Shown here: positions 24,966 to 36,750 of the stretch, piece by piece | How the letters are laid out: each line of letters begins with the position of its first letter | Position numbering within the stretch: the first letter of the stretch is position 1 | DNA from: Hypanus sabinus | Taxonomy: Eukaryota | NCBI RefSeq assembly: GCF_030144855.1 | Contig: NC_082733.1 | Coordinates: forward strand, 28,830,001 to 28,894,000 | Direction of reading: 5' to 3' | DNA: 64,000 bases | Translations under genes and position numbers: made by a program | The notes under the pieces: generated by a model | Databases searched by the model: none | What the model saw: only the letters and a program-made list of their open reading frames with translations | Told to the model about the DNA's origin: nothing

Positions 24966-26357
24966 GAGGTTTGTGTGGAATTATCGTTTTATGTAACATG
25001 AGGCAGCAATAATAAAAAGAGGTTTGTTGACATTGAAGTGCCAGAGCAAAAGCCACTGCAGTGGATTGCAGTTCTGATTAATTGACCGGCTGATTTCTCA
25101 GTGTTCTTGTACTTTGTGAAGGCAAGATCCTCAGAGAGATGAACTACGCTTAGATCAATTCCATCCACATTTGTGAAACTGCACAGCAGTCATACCAATG
25201 AACTGAAGATTAAGGAAGGAAGGGAAAAAATGAATTTGTAAGGCAATTTTTAAATCAAAAGCATAGGAAAAAAATACAACTTAGGAAGCTGCGTTGTTCT
25301 AAATGCACTTTTGTCTTTTGGGATTTAAAAAAAAACTGTTCCAAAGGCTAACTACTATCACAAGGTGTGCCTATGTCATCATCAGCGAGGTTGCTGAACT
25401 CTCTTATCTAAAGGGTAGGGTTTTGTTCAATGAACAGCAATTCCCTGCTTTGAAATGACTACTTGATTCAGGAAATAAAAAGCCACCATTCATCCAAACA
25501 ATCCAGGATGCCTTGAATTTCCTATTGCTGGAGGAGCCAATCTCACACCTCAACCTTACAGTGACTGATGAAAACTATCTCAGACTCCGCTGCAAGGCTG
25601 TGAACAAATAACCTGAGCTGGCTCGATAATTTATATGGATTCTCTTCAATGGCAGAATGAAACAACCATCATTGAAAATCAGCTTCTCTCAAAGTGGAGC
25701 TTTATGTTATGAAGTATGACAAATTAGCTGCATAAAGGTTTGCTTGTTGTGCAACGGAACTGGCAGATCCCATTACCAGAAACCAAAATAAAGCACCCAC
25801 AGGTACTCCAAGGCATTTGTAAACATAATGATTGAGGAGTGAGGAATTTCAGTTGTGTAATGAATGGCTAACTAACTTTGATTGGAAAATCGTGAATAAT
25901 TTTGAATTTTCTCGAAGAGGAAAGCTTAACTTGTAATGACAGTAAAACATTTCTAAAAATGGATTATCATCATCCTTCTGTAACAGATAAGCAAAATATA
26001 CCCACTCCTCCATAGATATCTACCCTCATCAGCTTGTCCTTCTATCATTCAGTAGTCTGAAAGGTTATCCATAAAGAGAAATAAACTTGAAACAGGAAAA
26101 TAAATTGGGTATCCTTGGGAAAAGGATGGAAAGCTGAATTAAGAGGAAAGTTCTTCCAAAGCCAGCTGAAAGGCTTCTTTCTTTCTGTGCAACACTGACC
26201 CATGTAAAATGATATCTATCTTGCAAAAACTCTCTCCATTATACTCCACGTCCTCTGTGCCCCTAAGCATATGCAACTACACATTTCTATACGAGGAAGA
26301 CATTGTTGGATGTTTCAGACTTTCTCCCTCACATACTGTAAGTTCATTAGTCTTTAC

Positions 26358-26415
26358 CTTGCAGCAGCAGATACAGAGTGAACCAACCCAAAAGGAATTC
26401 CAGCGAACCCCTCAT
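26358..26415 (-). CDS. SLC51B: OSTbeta first coding exon (signal peptide)
   Basis: Exon 26467-26358 with acceptor cttacag|, ATG at 26415 and donor CAAG|gtaaag (phase 1). Encodes hydrophobic MRGSLEFLLGWFTLYLLLQ, resembling the N-terminus of skate OSTbeta as recalled. Confidence 0.8.
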
Positions 26416-27744
26416 TTTTTTTGGTCTTCCAGCTGCAGGTGTGTCTGAGGTCCAACGTCAATGAGTCCTGTAAGAAAGGAAGTAAAATTGATCTTCATCA
26501 CTAATTCTGAAAATCATCTTCATAAGCATTAGCAATGATCCTATCAAAATAATGAAGGGATGGACCAAGAGATTCTGCAGATGCTGGAAATACACAAAAT
26601 GCTGGAGGAACTCAGCAGGTCAGGCAGCATCTATGAAAAGACACAGTCTTCATGAGGGGTCTGGGCCCAAAGCATCAACTGTTCATTCCATTCCCTTGAT
26701 GCTGCCCGACCTGATGAAGGAATTGTGATCTTATGAAATCACAGCTAATTAGTTTATTCAATAGGCAGGTAGCAACCAGTGGTCATAGGTTAAGGGTGAA
26801 AGGTTTAAGGGGAACATGAGGGGAAACTTCTTCACTCAGAGGATCGTGAGAATGTGGAACAAGCTGCCAGCACGTTAGGTTTGCAAATTCGAATTCAATG
26901 TTTAAGATAAGATTAGATAGGTTAATGGATGGTAGAAGTACGGAGGACTATGGTCAATGGAAGTAGGCATTTTAAATGGTTTGTCTTGGACTAGATGGGC
27001 TGAAGGGCCTTTTTCTGTGCTGTATTTTTCTATGACTCTACAACTTACTACACTATTAAATGTTTCCCATAATTTATTGATAATTGCTAAATTTTACTTG
27101 TTGATAAATTGCTAATACATGAAGAAGACACAAGAGACAGCAGATGCCAGAATCTGGAGTAAAAACAAAGCAAACAACTGGAGAAGCTCAGGGATCAGGC
27201 AGCACTGTGGATGCAGAAGGATAGTGTTTTTGGATGAGACCTTGTATCAGGACTGAAGGTTAGACAGGAGAGAGCTAGTATAGAGACGTGATGTAGAAGG
27301 GCGAGGCAGTAGCCAGCAGATGATGTTGGTGACAGGCAGGTGGAACCAGGTAGGAAAGAGGAAAGAGGCTGGGTAACGAGGGTCAGAGTTGGGGAGTGGG
27401 GGAGGGGGCGGTGTTTGGTTAGAGAATCTGGATGGATCAGAAGGGGAAACAAAAAACACTGGGGTTATGCAGGAACCGTCATCCAGACACGTAACCCACT
27501 GCATCCTTTAGCTCCTCCTGTACCGGCTCCATGTGCCTATAGTTCATTCCTTATCAGGTTACATTTGTAAACCAACTTTACTTATCAGACTCCAGTATCT
27601 GTAGCCTTTTCTCATCTCTACTTCTCACCTCCTAGCCTCAGTTTATACCACACCCATCCCCTCCCACATCCCCCACCCCAACACAGCCAGGCCCTCTAGC
27701 TCGATCTGCCCATCATCCCCCTACGCCCACAAGAAACTCTGCAA

Positions 27745-28275
27745 AGCAAATCCAAAGCAATATACACAGAATGCTGGAGGAACTCAGCAGGCCAGGCAGC
27801 ATCTATGGAAGAGAGTGACCAGTCGACATTTCGGGCCGAGACCTTTCATCAGGACTGGGAAGAAAGATGAGGAGTCAGAACAAGGTAGGGGGGAGGGGAG
27901 GAAGAAATACAAGGTGGTGGATGTTAGATGAAGCCAGGAGTGGGGAGGAGGGCGAGGAAAGAGTGAGGTAATTAATTGGTGCAAGAGATAAAGGGCTGGA
28001 AAAGGAAAAATCTGATAGGAGAGGGTAGAAGACGTGAAAGAAGGGAAAAGGGAAGGAGCACCAAGAGGGAAGTAATGGGCAGCTAAGCTGATAAGGTGAG
28101 TGGGGGGGAAACGGGAATGGGAATGGGAAGAGGGAAGGGGTTATTACTGGAAGTTTGAGAAATCAATGTTCATGCCATCAGTTTGGAGGCTAACCAGACA
28201 GAATATAAAGTGTTGCTCCTCCAGTTTGAGTGTGGCCTCATCACAGCAGTAGAGGAAGTCATGGACTGACATGTC
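27745..28275 (-). mobile_element. Penelope-like element 3' fragment with hammerhead motif
   Basis: GIY-YIG C-terminus DMSVHDFLYCCDEATLKLEEQHFIFCLVSLQTDGMNIDFSNFQ*, pyrimidine-rich 3' region, then CTGATGA...GAAA motif at 27819-27858. Confidence 0.8.
27819..27858 (-). ncRNA. Minimal type-I hammerhead ribozyme motif (PLE-associated, probably impaired)
   Basis: CCAGUC-CUGAUGA-A-AGGU(CUCG)GCCC-GAAA-U-GUC-GACUGG: perfect 6-bp stem I, core boxes and GUC cleavage triplet. The first stem II pair is A-C and stem III is minimal. Confidence 0.55.
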
Positions 28276-29049
28276 TCATCACGGCTGTATAGGAACCTGG
28301 TCCCACCTGTTAGCTACCAGTTCCTGCCTCACCTCCCCTCCTGCAACTCTTTATACTGGCTATTTCTTATCTACACAGTCAGTAATGACGCAGGATTCAG
28401 CCAATAAATATTGAGACCACGAGATGAAGAGCTCTTGAAAGTGAGTCTGTAGATTGTGGGAACATCTCAGTGAAATGGTTTGAGGTTTTCAGATTCAGAT
28501 TCCATCAAAAAGACGAATATTGCTCTGAAGTTAACCACAGCCAATTGGCTCAATAACCCCTTAAATTTACTTCATTGTCTCTTTCTTAATAGGCTCAGAC
28601 TCATCAATTATAAAAATTTCATGATATCTGGTAGTTTCTTTAAAATATAATGATAATAGTATCTTCATTTTTTTTTAAAAAAATGGTACAGCCCAGAACA
28701 GGCCCTTTCGGCACTTTGAGCTCAGCCAGCCAGCAACCCAGATTTAACTCCAGCCTTATCACAGGATAATTTGCACTGACAAATTATCCAAACAAGCGTT
28801 ATGTCTTTGGACTGTGGGAAGAAACTCAAGCACCCAGAGGAAACCCACACGGCCACAGAATGTACAAACCCCTTACAGACAGCGAACCTGGATCGCTGAT
28901 ACTTTGAGGTGTTGTGCAAGCCACAATACTACTGTGCAAACTCCAAAGACATTTTCTTGAAAAGGTATGTAAAATAATTATAAATGTTCTTATTTTATTT
29001 ATAACATACAGACATAAAAAGTACCGTTTTGAACTGATCAACAGAAACA

Positions 29050-29186
29050 CAGTGCTGGAGGAACTCAGCAAGCCAGGCAGCATCTATGGAAAAAGAGTAA
29101 ACAGTCGATGTTTCAGGCCAGCCTGAAATGTCGACTGTACTCTTTTCCATAGATGTTGCCTGGCCTGCTGAGTTCCTCCAGCACTG
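29050..29186. repeat. Palindrome of two inverted PLE termini
   Basis: Arms of about 67 bp (CAGTGCTGGAGGAACTCAGCA... / ...TGCTGAGTTCCTCCAGCACTG) around a 2-nt loop at 29119-29120. Confidence 0.85.
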
Positions 29187-29419
29187 CGTACGCGTTGCTT
29201 GGATTTCCACCATCTGCAAATCGTGTTTAGATTTTAAACCAATTCCTGAATTTGAACGATCTCAGATTCAGGATGCATCAACCACCACATGAGGTAGCAA
29301 TTGAAGACAGAAAAATGGAGGGCTTTGTAGGAGGGAAGAGTTCGATTGATCTTAGTGTAGGATAAAAGAATGGCACAACCTCATGTGCCAAAAAGCCTGT
29401 ACTAGTGCAGGAGAACAGG

Positions 29420-31660
29420 TTCCTGCCTCTATTGTGGCATCCAGGACATTTCCGGGTGGCATGTTGCAAGTGTCCAATAAGTTACCAGTCAGCAGCAGGG
29501 AGGGGAGTCCTGACTGGTCAGTTCTTTCTTCAGTCAGCTTCCCCTAATTGTGCAATGCTCGCAGCTTCCTTGTTGTGGAGATCTCAGACCCATGAACTTA
29601 AGGTTATCGACTCCTGAGCAGCCGGGAATCTCATGGACATCTCTCCAGCTCAAAGATGGGGAGTTCAGACTTGGGAAATGAGAGAAAAGATCCACTTCAA
29701 GACCCTGAACGGTCAACCTCTGGGCACCGGCCTAATCCACCTTTCCACCCAACCCCTCCAACTTGTGCCCAAAGGCAACCACAGGGAAGAACTCTCCAAT
29801 CTGGAACTGCCACTGGTATTTGGTCTCCCCTGGTTATCCCGACACAACCCGCGGATCGATTGGTCTCTAAAAGTACTCCAGTAGTGGAGACCGGCATGCT
29901 TGTCTACCTGTCTGGGTCCGTTCCGTGAACTCCCTCCTGTGTCAGCTAAGGATGTGGACCTGTCTGGGATTCTGGGTGAATATGCAGATGTCCCCAAGGT
30001 TTTCAGTAAAGAAGGCCACCACCCTGCCCACACCGGCCATTTGACTGTGCCATAGACCTCCTACTTGGCATGAGTCCTCACCGCGGCTGCCTCTTTACTC
30101 TCTCTCAACTTGAAACGGTGGCCATGGAGGAATACACCAAGGAGGCATCGGCCATGGGGTTCATCCCTCCGTCAACCTCGCTGACAGGAGCAGGCTTCTT
30201 CTTTGTGAAGATGGCAAGTTCCGTCCCTATGTCGATTATCAGACCCTGAATAACATCACTGTGAAAATCACTACCCTCTTCCTCTACTGCCATCTGCATT
30301 CAAACATCTCCAGGGAGCAACCAGATTTTCCGAGATTGATCCACGCAACGCTTACAATCTGGTTCGCATGAGGGAAGGCGGATGAGAGGAAGACAGCTTT
30401 CAACGCCTCTAATGGCCATAAGAGTACTTTGTGATGCCTTCTGTCTGCCCAATGCCTATGTTGTATTCCAGGCCTTGGTTAACAATGTGCTCAGGGATGT
30501 ATTGAACCTGTTTGTGTACTTAGAGGTCACCCTCATCTATTCCCGCTCACATCAGTGACACGCCCAGCATATCTGGAGAGTACTCAGACAGCTCCTTGAA
30601 AATAACCTGTACGCCAAACCAGAGAAATGTGAATTCCATAAAGACAAGGTGTCAGTTTTGGGCTGTATACTTAACCCAGCCAGTGTTCAAATGGACCCTA
30701 GTAAAGTTCAGTGTGGTCCAAACCATCTACAGTCGAGCGGGTACGGCCAATAGGTTTGCGAAATTTTATGGCCACTGCAACCGGAATCTCAGCTCTATCG
30801 CGGCTCCCGGCAGCATCCCATTGACCGACGGTGCTCCTAGCGCTCATGGGGATAGCTGGCTGCACGCTTGTGCTTTTCTTTCCCATCGCTTGACTCCCGC
30901 CTGGAGGAACCACGACGTTGGGAACCGGGAGCTTCTGGCTGTCAAGGAGGTCCTGGAGGAATGGTGACACTAGCTGGCAGGGGCAGAGCATCCTTTCTTG
31001 TTCCGGACAGACCACAAGAACCTCTCTTACATTCAGAATGCAAAGAGACTAAACTCTCGTCAAGCCCAGTGGGCTCTCTTCTTCACAAGGTTTCATTTCA
31101 TCCTCACCTATTGAGCCGGCAGCGAGAAGACCAAGGCTCTCTGGGCTTCTCAGCTGCGCGCACAGAAACAACATGTTCGGCAGGCTGATCAACTCCGCCG
31201 ACGGGTAAGGCCATTAAAGCCGGGAGAGGAGGTCTGGTTGGTATCAAGGGATCTTCCCCCGACAGTCGAGATCTGTAAATTGGCTCCACGCTATGTGGGA
31301 TCTTTTGTAGTGGAAAAGGCTGTCAACAAGGTGTTGTATAGATTGTGTCTACCAGCATCATTGAAGATCCACCCAGTTTTCCTCTTTTCCCAGCTCAAGC
31401 CGGTTACTACCTCTCCCCTGGCCCCAGTCAGCCCACCTTCTTCTCCTCCCCACTTGGTAGATGGTTCCCTGGTGTATACGGTGCAGCACCTCCTGGCGTC
31501 TCGCTGGGTACGTGGGAAGGTCCGGTACCTTGTGGACTTGGAAGGGTATGGTTCTGAAGAACTTCCTTGGATCCCGCCGAAAGACATCTTGGACAAGTCG
31601 CTCATCCAGGACTTCCAGCTGGCACAGGGCTGAGGCGCCTAGAGAGAAGGACTGTCACAT
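29420..31660 (+). mobile_element. Decayed Gypsy/Ty3 chromovirus (Sushi-like) internal region
   Basis: Gag knuckle remnant CLYCG/PGHFRVAC, protease IDS*AAGNLMD, RT (GAGFFFVK; [14 protein letters not shown]), RNase H ([19 protein letters not shown]), integrase C-terminus (KLAPRYVGSF...IHPVF), chromodomain (YLVDLEGYGSEELPWIP). Polypurine tract at 31641-31650 followed by TGTCAC. Many stops, frameshifts and deletions. Confidence 0.9.
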
Positions 31661-33751
31661 TCACAGATTCAGCAATTGCGCTTATGAATATACATGTGTC
31701 AGCTAAATATTATTTCATTGTGATGGTATTTAACTCCATTCTTTTTGTTGTAGTGCTCGTCGAGACTTGAGCAAAGCACATAAACGTGCCTTCTTGCGTT
31801 GGTGCTTGCCTGAAAAATCGGACCGACGCTGAAGACTAGCAGTATTCATTTTATGTTTAGTTATTCCTTTCAGCCGCTGTGTTGGCATCGTTTTCCAGTT
31901 GGGATTTTGGCCTTGCATTTGTTTCCCTTTCCCTCTAAACCTCGTTCTTATTGAAGTCTGTGAATTATCGACTCGCTTCAGCGTCGCTCCCTCTCTGCAC
32001 TTGGGCCACATCCGAATGAACTGACAATGGGACCATAATGGAACAAGCAACAAATAGTGCATGCTTACCTGATAGTTGAAATGATTTTCAGAGGAATTAG
32101 AACAGCTGTCCACAGCTATTTTGTATGAAAAGTAAAAAAAATTAGACACTAGAAATCTGAAATAACAGAAAGTAATGGAAGTACCCAAAGGGCTTTGGAA
32201 AGAGAAACTGAGTTAATACTTGAAGTGAGAGACGATTCGTTAGAATTGGCTCACCTATTGAGCAAGGGTCTTCAACTTATAGTCGTGTTTCTCTTTTCAC
32301 AGATACTTCCGGCTGTTTCCAGCATTGTTTGGTTTTAAGCCATTTTGTTTCCCTGCTGTTGAAACTGAGTGGATTTCTCCCAGTTTCACATTAAGATTGA
32401 CCAGAACATAGCGATCCCCAGGTTCTGCTTCATTACGTGAGTTATGTGATTTACAAGGTCCATGAACCAGCAGGTTATAGCTCTCAAGGACAAATGAAAA
32501 GGCCCCAGCCTTTTTCATTTAGAGAAGTGAAAGGGTGTGATAAAGTAGATAAAACAGTGGAAGAGTTTACTTATGGTAGACTTAGAAAAGTTTCCACTCA
32601 GTGGGGGAGTTCAATCCAGGAGTTATAAATTCAGTAGAAGCTAAACAATACAGAAAGAGAATTCATATATTTTTACCCAAAATCAGTAGAGTGTGGAACT
32701 AATTATCACATGGCGTAGGTAGAATAACTTACATTGGGGTACTTAAAGGAAAGCATGATCGAGAAAGCTATGGGGGAAAATTGCTGGCATCTTAGACAAG
32801 TTCAAAACTTTCAAGTAGATTTCTTATCAGAATGTGTATATTTATGTCACCATGTACTACCCTGAGACCACAAGACATAGGAACAGAATAAGGCCATTTG
32901 GCCCATTGAGTCTCCTCTGCCATTCCATTATTATCCCTCTCCATCAGCCTACCTTCTCCCCATAAACCTTTGACATCCTGATTAATCAAGAAGATATCAA
33001 CTTCCACTTTAAATATACCCAATGACCTTGCTGCCTGTGGCAATGAATTCCACAGTTTCTCTATTCTCTGGCTAAAGAGATTCCTTCTCATCTCTGTTCT
33101 AAATCAATGCCCTTCTATTCTGAGGCTGTTCCTTCTGCTCCTAGGGTCCTCCACCATAGGAAACATCCTCTCCACATCTACGCTTTTTAATATTCAATTG
33201 GTTTCAGTGAGAGTCCCCTCACCCACCCGTATTGAGTACAGGCCCAGAGCAAATGATTGCTCCTCATATGTTAACCCTTTCATTCCCAGAAATACCTCTG
33301 GACCTCTGCAATGCCAGTACACTTTTCTCTTAGATAAGGGGACCCAAACTGTTTGCAATACTCCAGTCCTGCCGAAGGGGTTCAACCCAAAATGCTGATT
33401 GTACTTTTTGCCATAGATGCTGCCTGCCCTGCTGAGTTCCTCCAGCATTTTGTGTGTGTTGCTCAGATTTCCAGTATCTGCAGATTTTATTTTCTCTTGT
33501 TCACAATACTCCAAATGCAGTGTGCCCAATGCCTTATAAAGACTCAGGATGGGATTCATTTTCATGTGGACATTCACAATAGAACAAAGAACTATGATAG
33601 ACTCAATGAAAATCTACACACAAAGACTGACAAACAACTAACGTGCCAAAACAAACATCTGATTGTGCAAAAGGTCATGCAGGAAGAGGTTCCAAAGATA
33701 ATTAATTTTGCCATTGACCATTTGGAATTTGATAGAATTGTTATTTTGATC

Positions 33752-34226
33752 ACAAGCAAGAGGAAATTTGCAGATGCTGGAAATCCAAGCAACACACACA
33801 CAAAATGCTGGAGGAACTCAGCAGGCCAGGCAGCATCCGTGGTAAAGAGAACAGTTGATGTTTCAGACCGAGACCCTTCAGGACTGGAGGAAAAAAGATG
33901 AGGAGTCAGAGTAAGAAGTGGGGGAGGGGAGGAAGAACTACAGGGTTTTAGATGAAAGCGGGAGTGGGAGGGATGAAATAAAGAGAAGGGAGGTTGATTC
34001 GTGAAAGAAATACAAGGCTAGAAGACAGGAGACCATGGGAGCAAGAACAGGGTGAGGAGCTCCAGGGGGAGGCGATAAGGTGAGAGGGGGAAATGGGAAT
34101 GGTGAAGGTTGGGGGTGGGAAGCAGTACCAGAAGTTCAAGAAATCTATGTTCAGGCCATCAGGCTGGAGGCTACCCAGACTGATCACTAAGTGTTGCTCC
34201 TCCAGCCTGAGTGTGGCCATTTTCAT
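33752..34226 (-). mobile_element. Penelope-like element 3' fragment
   Basis: ATLRLEEQHLVISLGSLQPDGLNIDFLNF (GIY-YIG C-terminus) plus the same terminal sequence as 27745-28275. Confidence 0.8.
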
Positions 34227-35979
34227 TTTGATTCTAATTCTATATGACTATGGAACAGTGTGAATGCCTCAAAATTTTGTCATATGCTTTTACACTATAT
34301 TGGGTTTACATTGGAATTTTTAAAATTTTACACGTAGTATGTCACAATAGGAAGAGTGTGCATTTAGACTTTTGAGTGGCCTGTATTTTGCACTTATTTT
34401 AATGTTTATATTTTAGGCATTTAAAGATTAATTAAACTCTGAGGTAAATGCCAATGTCACATTCAGTATCAGTATCTCTAAACTCTACGTTTTATATCAT
34501 TGGGTAAAATAATCGTTGGATACAAAATGATAGGCATAAATCTAGATGCATGAACATTTAAGATGGCAATGTCTCTGAAGAATAGGCCCTTGTAATATCT
34601 GAGAATACGAAACATTTTTTCTGTTGCAGAAAATCGTCCAGCTTCTGTTTCCTTAGGCGAAGTCCAGATTTCAGATTAATGTGTTTAAAGAGTTGGTGAT
34701 TAAATTTAATGCAACGTGTGAAACCCAGCAAAGCTTTGCTTAAAGATGCGAAAGATTTACAGGGTACGGCTAGAGCTCAGTGCATACCCTACGGTATTTT
34801 AACATTAATTACTCTGGACTTGCCTTCATCCTTCCTTGGGCAACTACTACAACGGAGATACTTAGACATGCAGAAAGCAACGCAGATAACTTCTGGAAAC
34901 ACGTTCCTTCCTAGTACGGGTGGCGTATATGTAAATGGCCAACCCACACTTTAACGGCATTTAAAACATAGAATGCCATTTATTTTCTTGGGACTAATTG
35001 ACTGCTCACCCACCGTAACAGAAGTGACCTGAATCAATCAGGCCAATTTTTTTTTATTACAAGACATTTCATGCCAGGCCAATGTCATTTCATAATCTTA
35101 AACAAACGAGTTCTGTAATTCTTGCATGTTATCAATGGAATAAGAGAAACGCCTCGCATCTCAGTTACGCTGGTTCTGACAGTATTTTCCTCGGCTAATC
35201 GCAACAACTCAAACAAGATTCACTGCCAAAGTATGTAAAGGAATGCATAGCCCACGCCGATAAAACGGAACTTGTGCCTTCTTTATCATGTTATAAATTA
35301 CATCGACATGTGCATACTTATTGTCGTAACACAACTGTATTCTTACATTAGTACATTATCTAAACCTCTCCACTGCTTTTTCACTGACTTACCTTGTTAC
35401 CAGTAGAGACGGAGCTGCAAGAATGCGGCTGGCTATGTTAAACCAATAGGAGCAAAGTCAAAATGATGACCTTCAACTGTGTTGTAACCAAAAGTTCAAT
35501 AACACCCGTAAACCCATCAATCGCACTGTCACTTATCCTTCAAACTCCCTCACAGAGAGAAAACAATTATAGTACCGAAGTTCATCTCAGTGATACACCG
35601 ATGGCTGTTTCCGGTTTATGTACTCTGCTGTTTGGTGTGATGGGTATGAACTCGGGTCGGACCATCAAAAACAATGCTGAGCCACTGGAAAGCTAAAATA
35701 AAACACAAGATGTTGACAATACTCAGGGGCCAGGCTGCTTCTGTGGGAAGAGAGTGCAGGGGACAGATGATCTTTTCATTTGCCCTCCTGCAGGCACAAG
35801 TCTAGCGGAGAGCAACTTTATAGAGTCAAAGCCTCCAGAGAGCTGCCTGAATCAGATAAGGATTGTTGATTTTCAATAATATTAGTGGGTCATATTTCCA
35901 GAGGGATCTGAGCAACCCACAAAATTTAGGAAGAGGCAGAGCAAGGTTGGAATATCCCTCAAGTGAAAGAACGGAAATC

Positions 35980-36250
35980 AGTGGCATGGCAGAGTAGTGG
36001 TTAGCACAATGCTTTACAGTACAAGCAACCCCAGGTTCAGTTCCCTGAACTGTCTGTAAGGAGGTTGTATGTTCTCCCTGTGACCACATGGGTTTCCACC
36101 GGGTGCTCTGGTTTCCTCCCACAGTCCAAAGACGCACTGACTGATAAGTTAATGGGTGATTGCAAATTGTCCCGAGAATAGGCTAGGGTTAAATTTGGGG
36201 TTGTTAGGCTCAAAGGGCTGGAAGGGTGTATTCCACACCATGTCTCAATA
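35980..36250 (+). mobile_element. V-SINE (HE1-like)
   Basis: tRNA-like head (AGTAGTGGTTAGC...GGTTCAGTTCC) followed by the V-domain. Minus-strand copies at about 28690-28925 and 51240-51490. Confidence 0.75.
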
Positions 36251-36369
36251 AGTAACTACTGGAAGTGCTGGAAATCTGATGTTACTAATCGTCATTCTTG
36301 TCTAGCTTTAAACTGTAGAGACATCCAGACCATTCTCCATTTTTTTAAAATTTCAGGTCATCATAGTTG

Positions 36370-36750
36370 CAAACTCAGTCACCTCCATCATGGGCACTAG
36401 CCTCCCAGCAACCAGAATGTCTTCAAGGAGCGATGCCTCAAAAAGGTGGCATCAATTATTAAGGACCCCCATCACCCAGGTCATGCCCTCTTCTCATTGC
36501 TACCATCAGGGAGGAAGTACAGGAGCCTGAAGGCACACACTGAACAGTACAAAAGTACCTGCTTCCCCTTTGCCATCAGATTTCTGAATGGACATGAACA
36601 CAACCTACTTTTTTCCTCTCTCTCTCTCTCTGCACTTATTTAATTTTTAAAATGTATATTTACTGTAATTTACAGCTATGTATTGCAATATACTGCTGTC
36701 ATGTAACAGCAAATTTCACCATATTCCAGTGATATTAAACCCGACTGATT
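36370..36750 (+). mobile_element. L2-clade LINE 3' fragment
   Basis: ASIIKDPHHPGHALFSLLPSGRKYRSLKAHT...FPFAIRFLN. Related copies at about 17190-17710, 23090-23560, 37310-37795, 45310-45730, 49050-49735, 52610-53015 and 63100-63960. Confidence 0.8.

Noticed and set aside
25373-25429. Possible C/D-box snoRNA (TGATGA and CTGA on the minus strand)
   Set aside because: The boxes overlap at one end rather than bracketing the unit, and there is no terminal stem.
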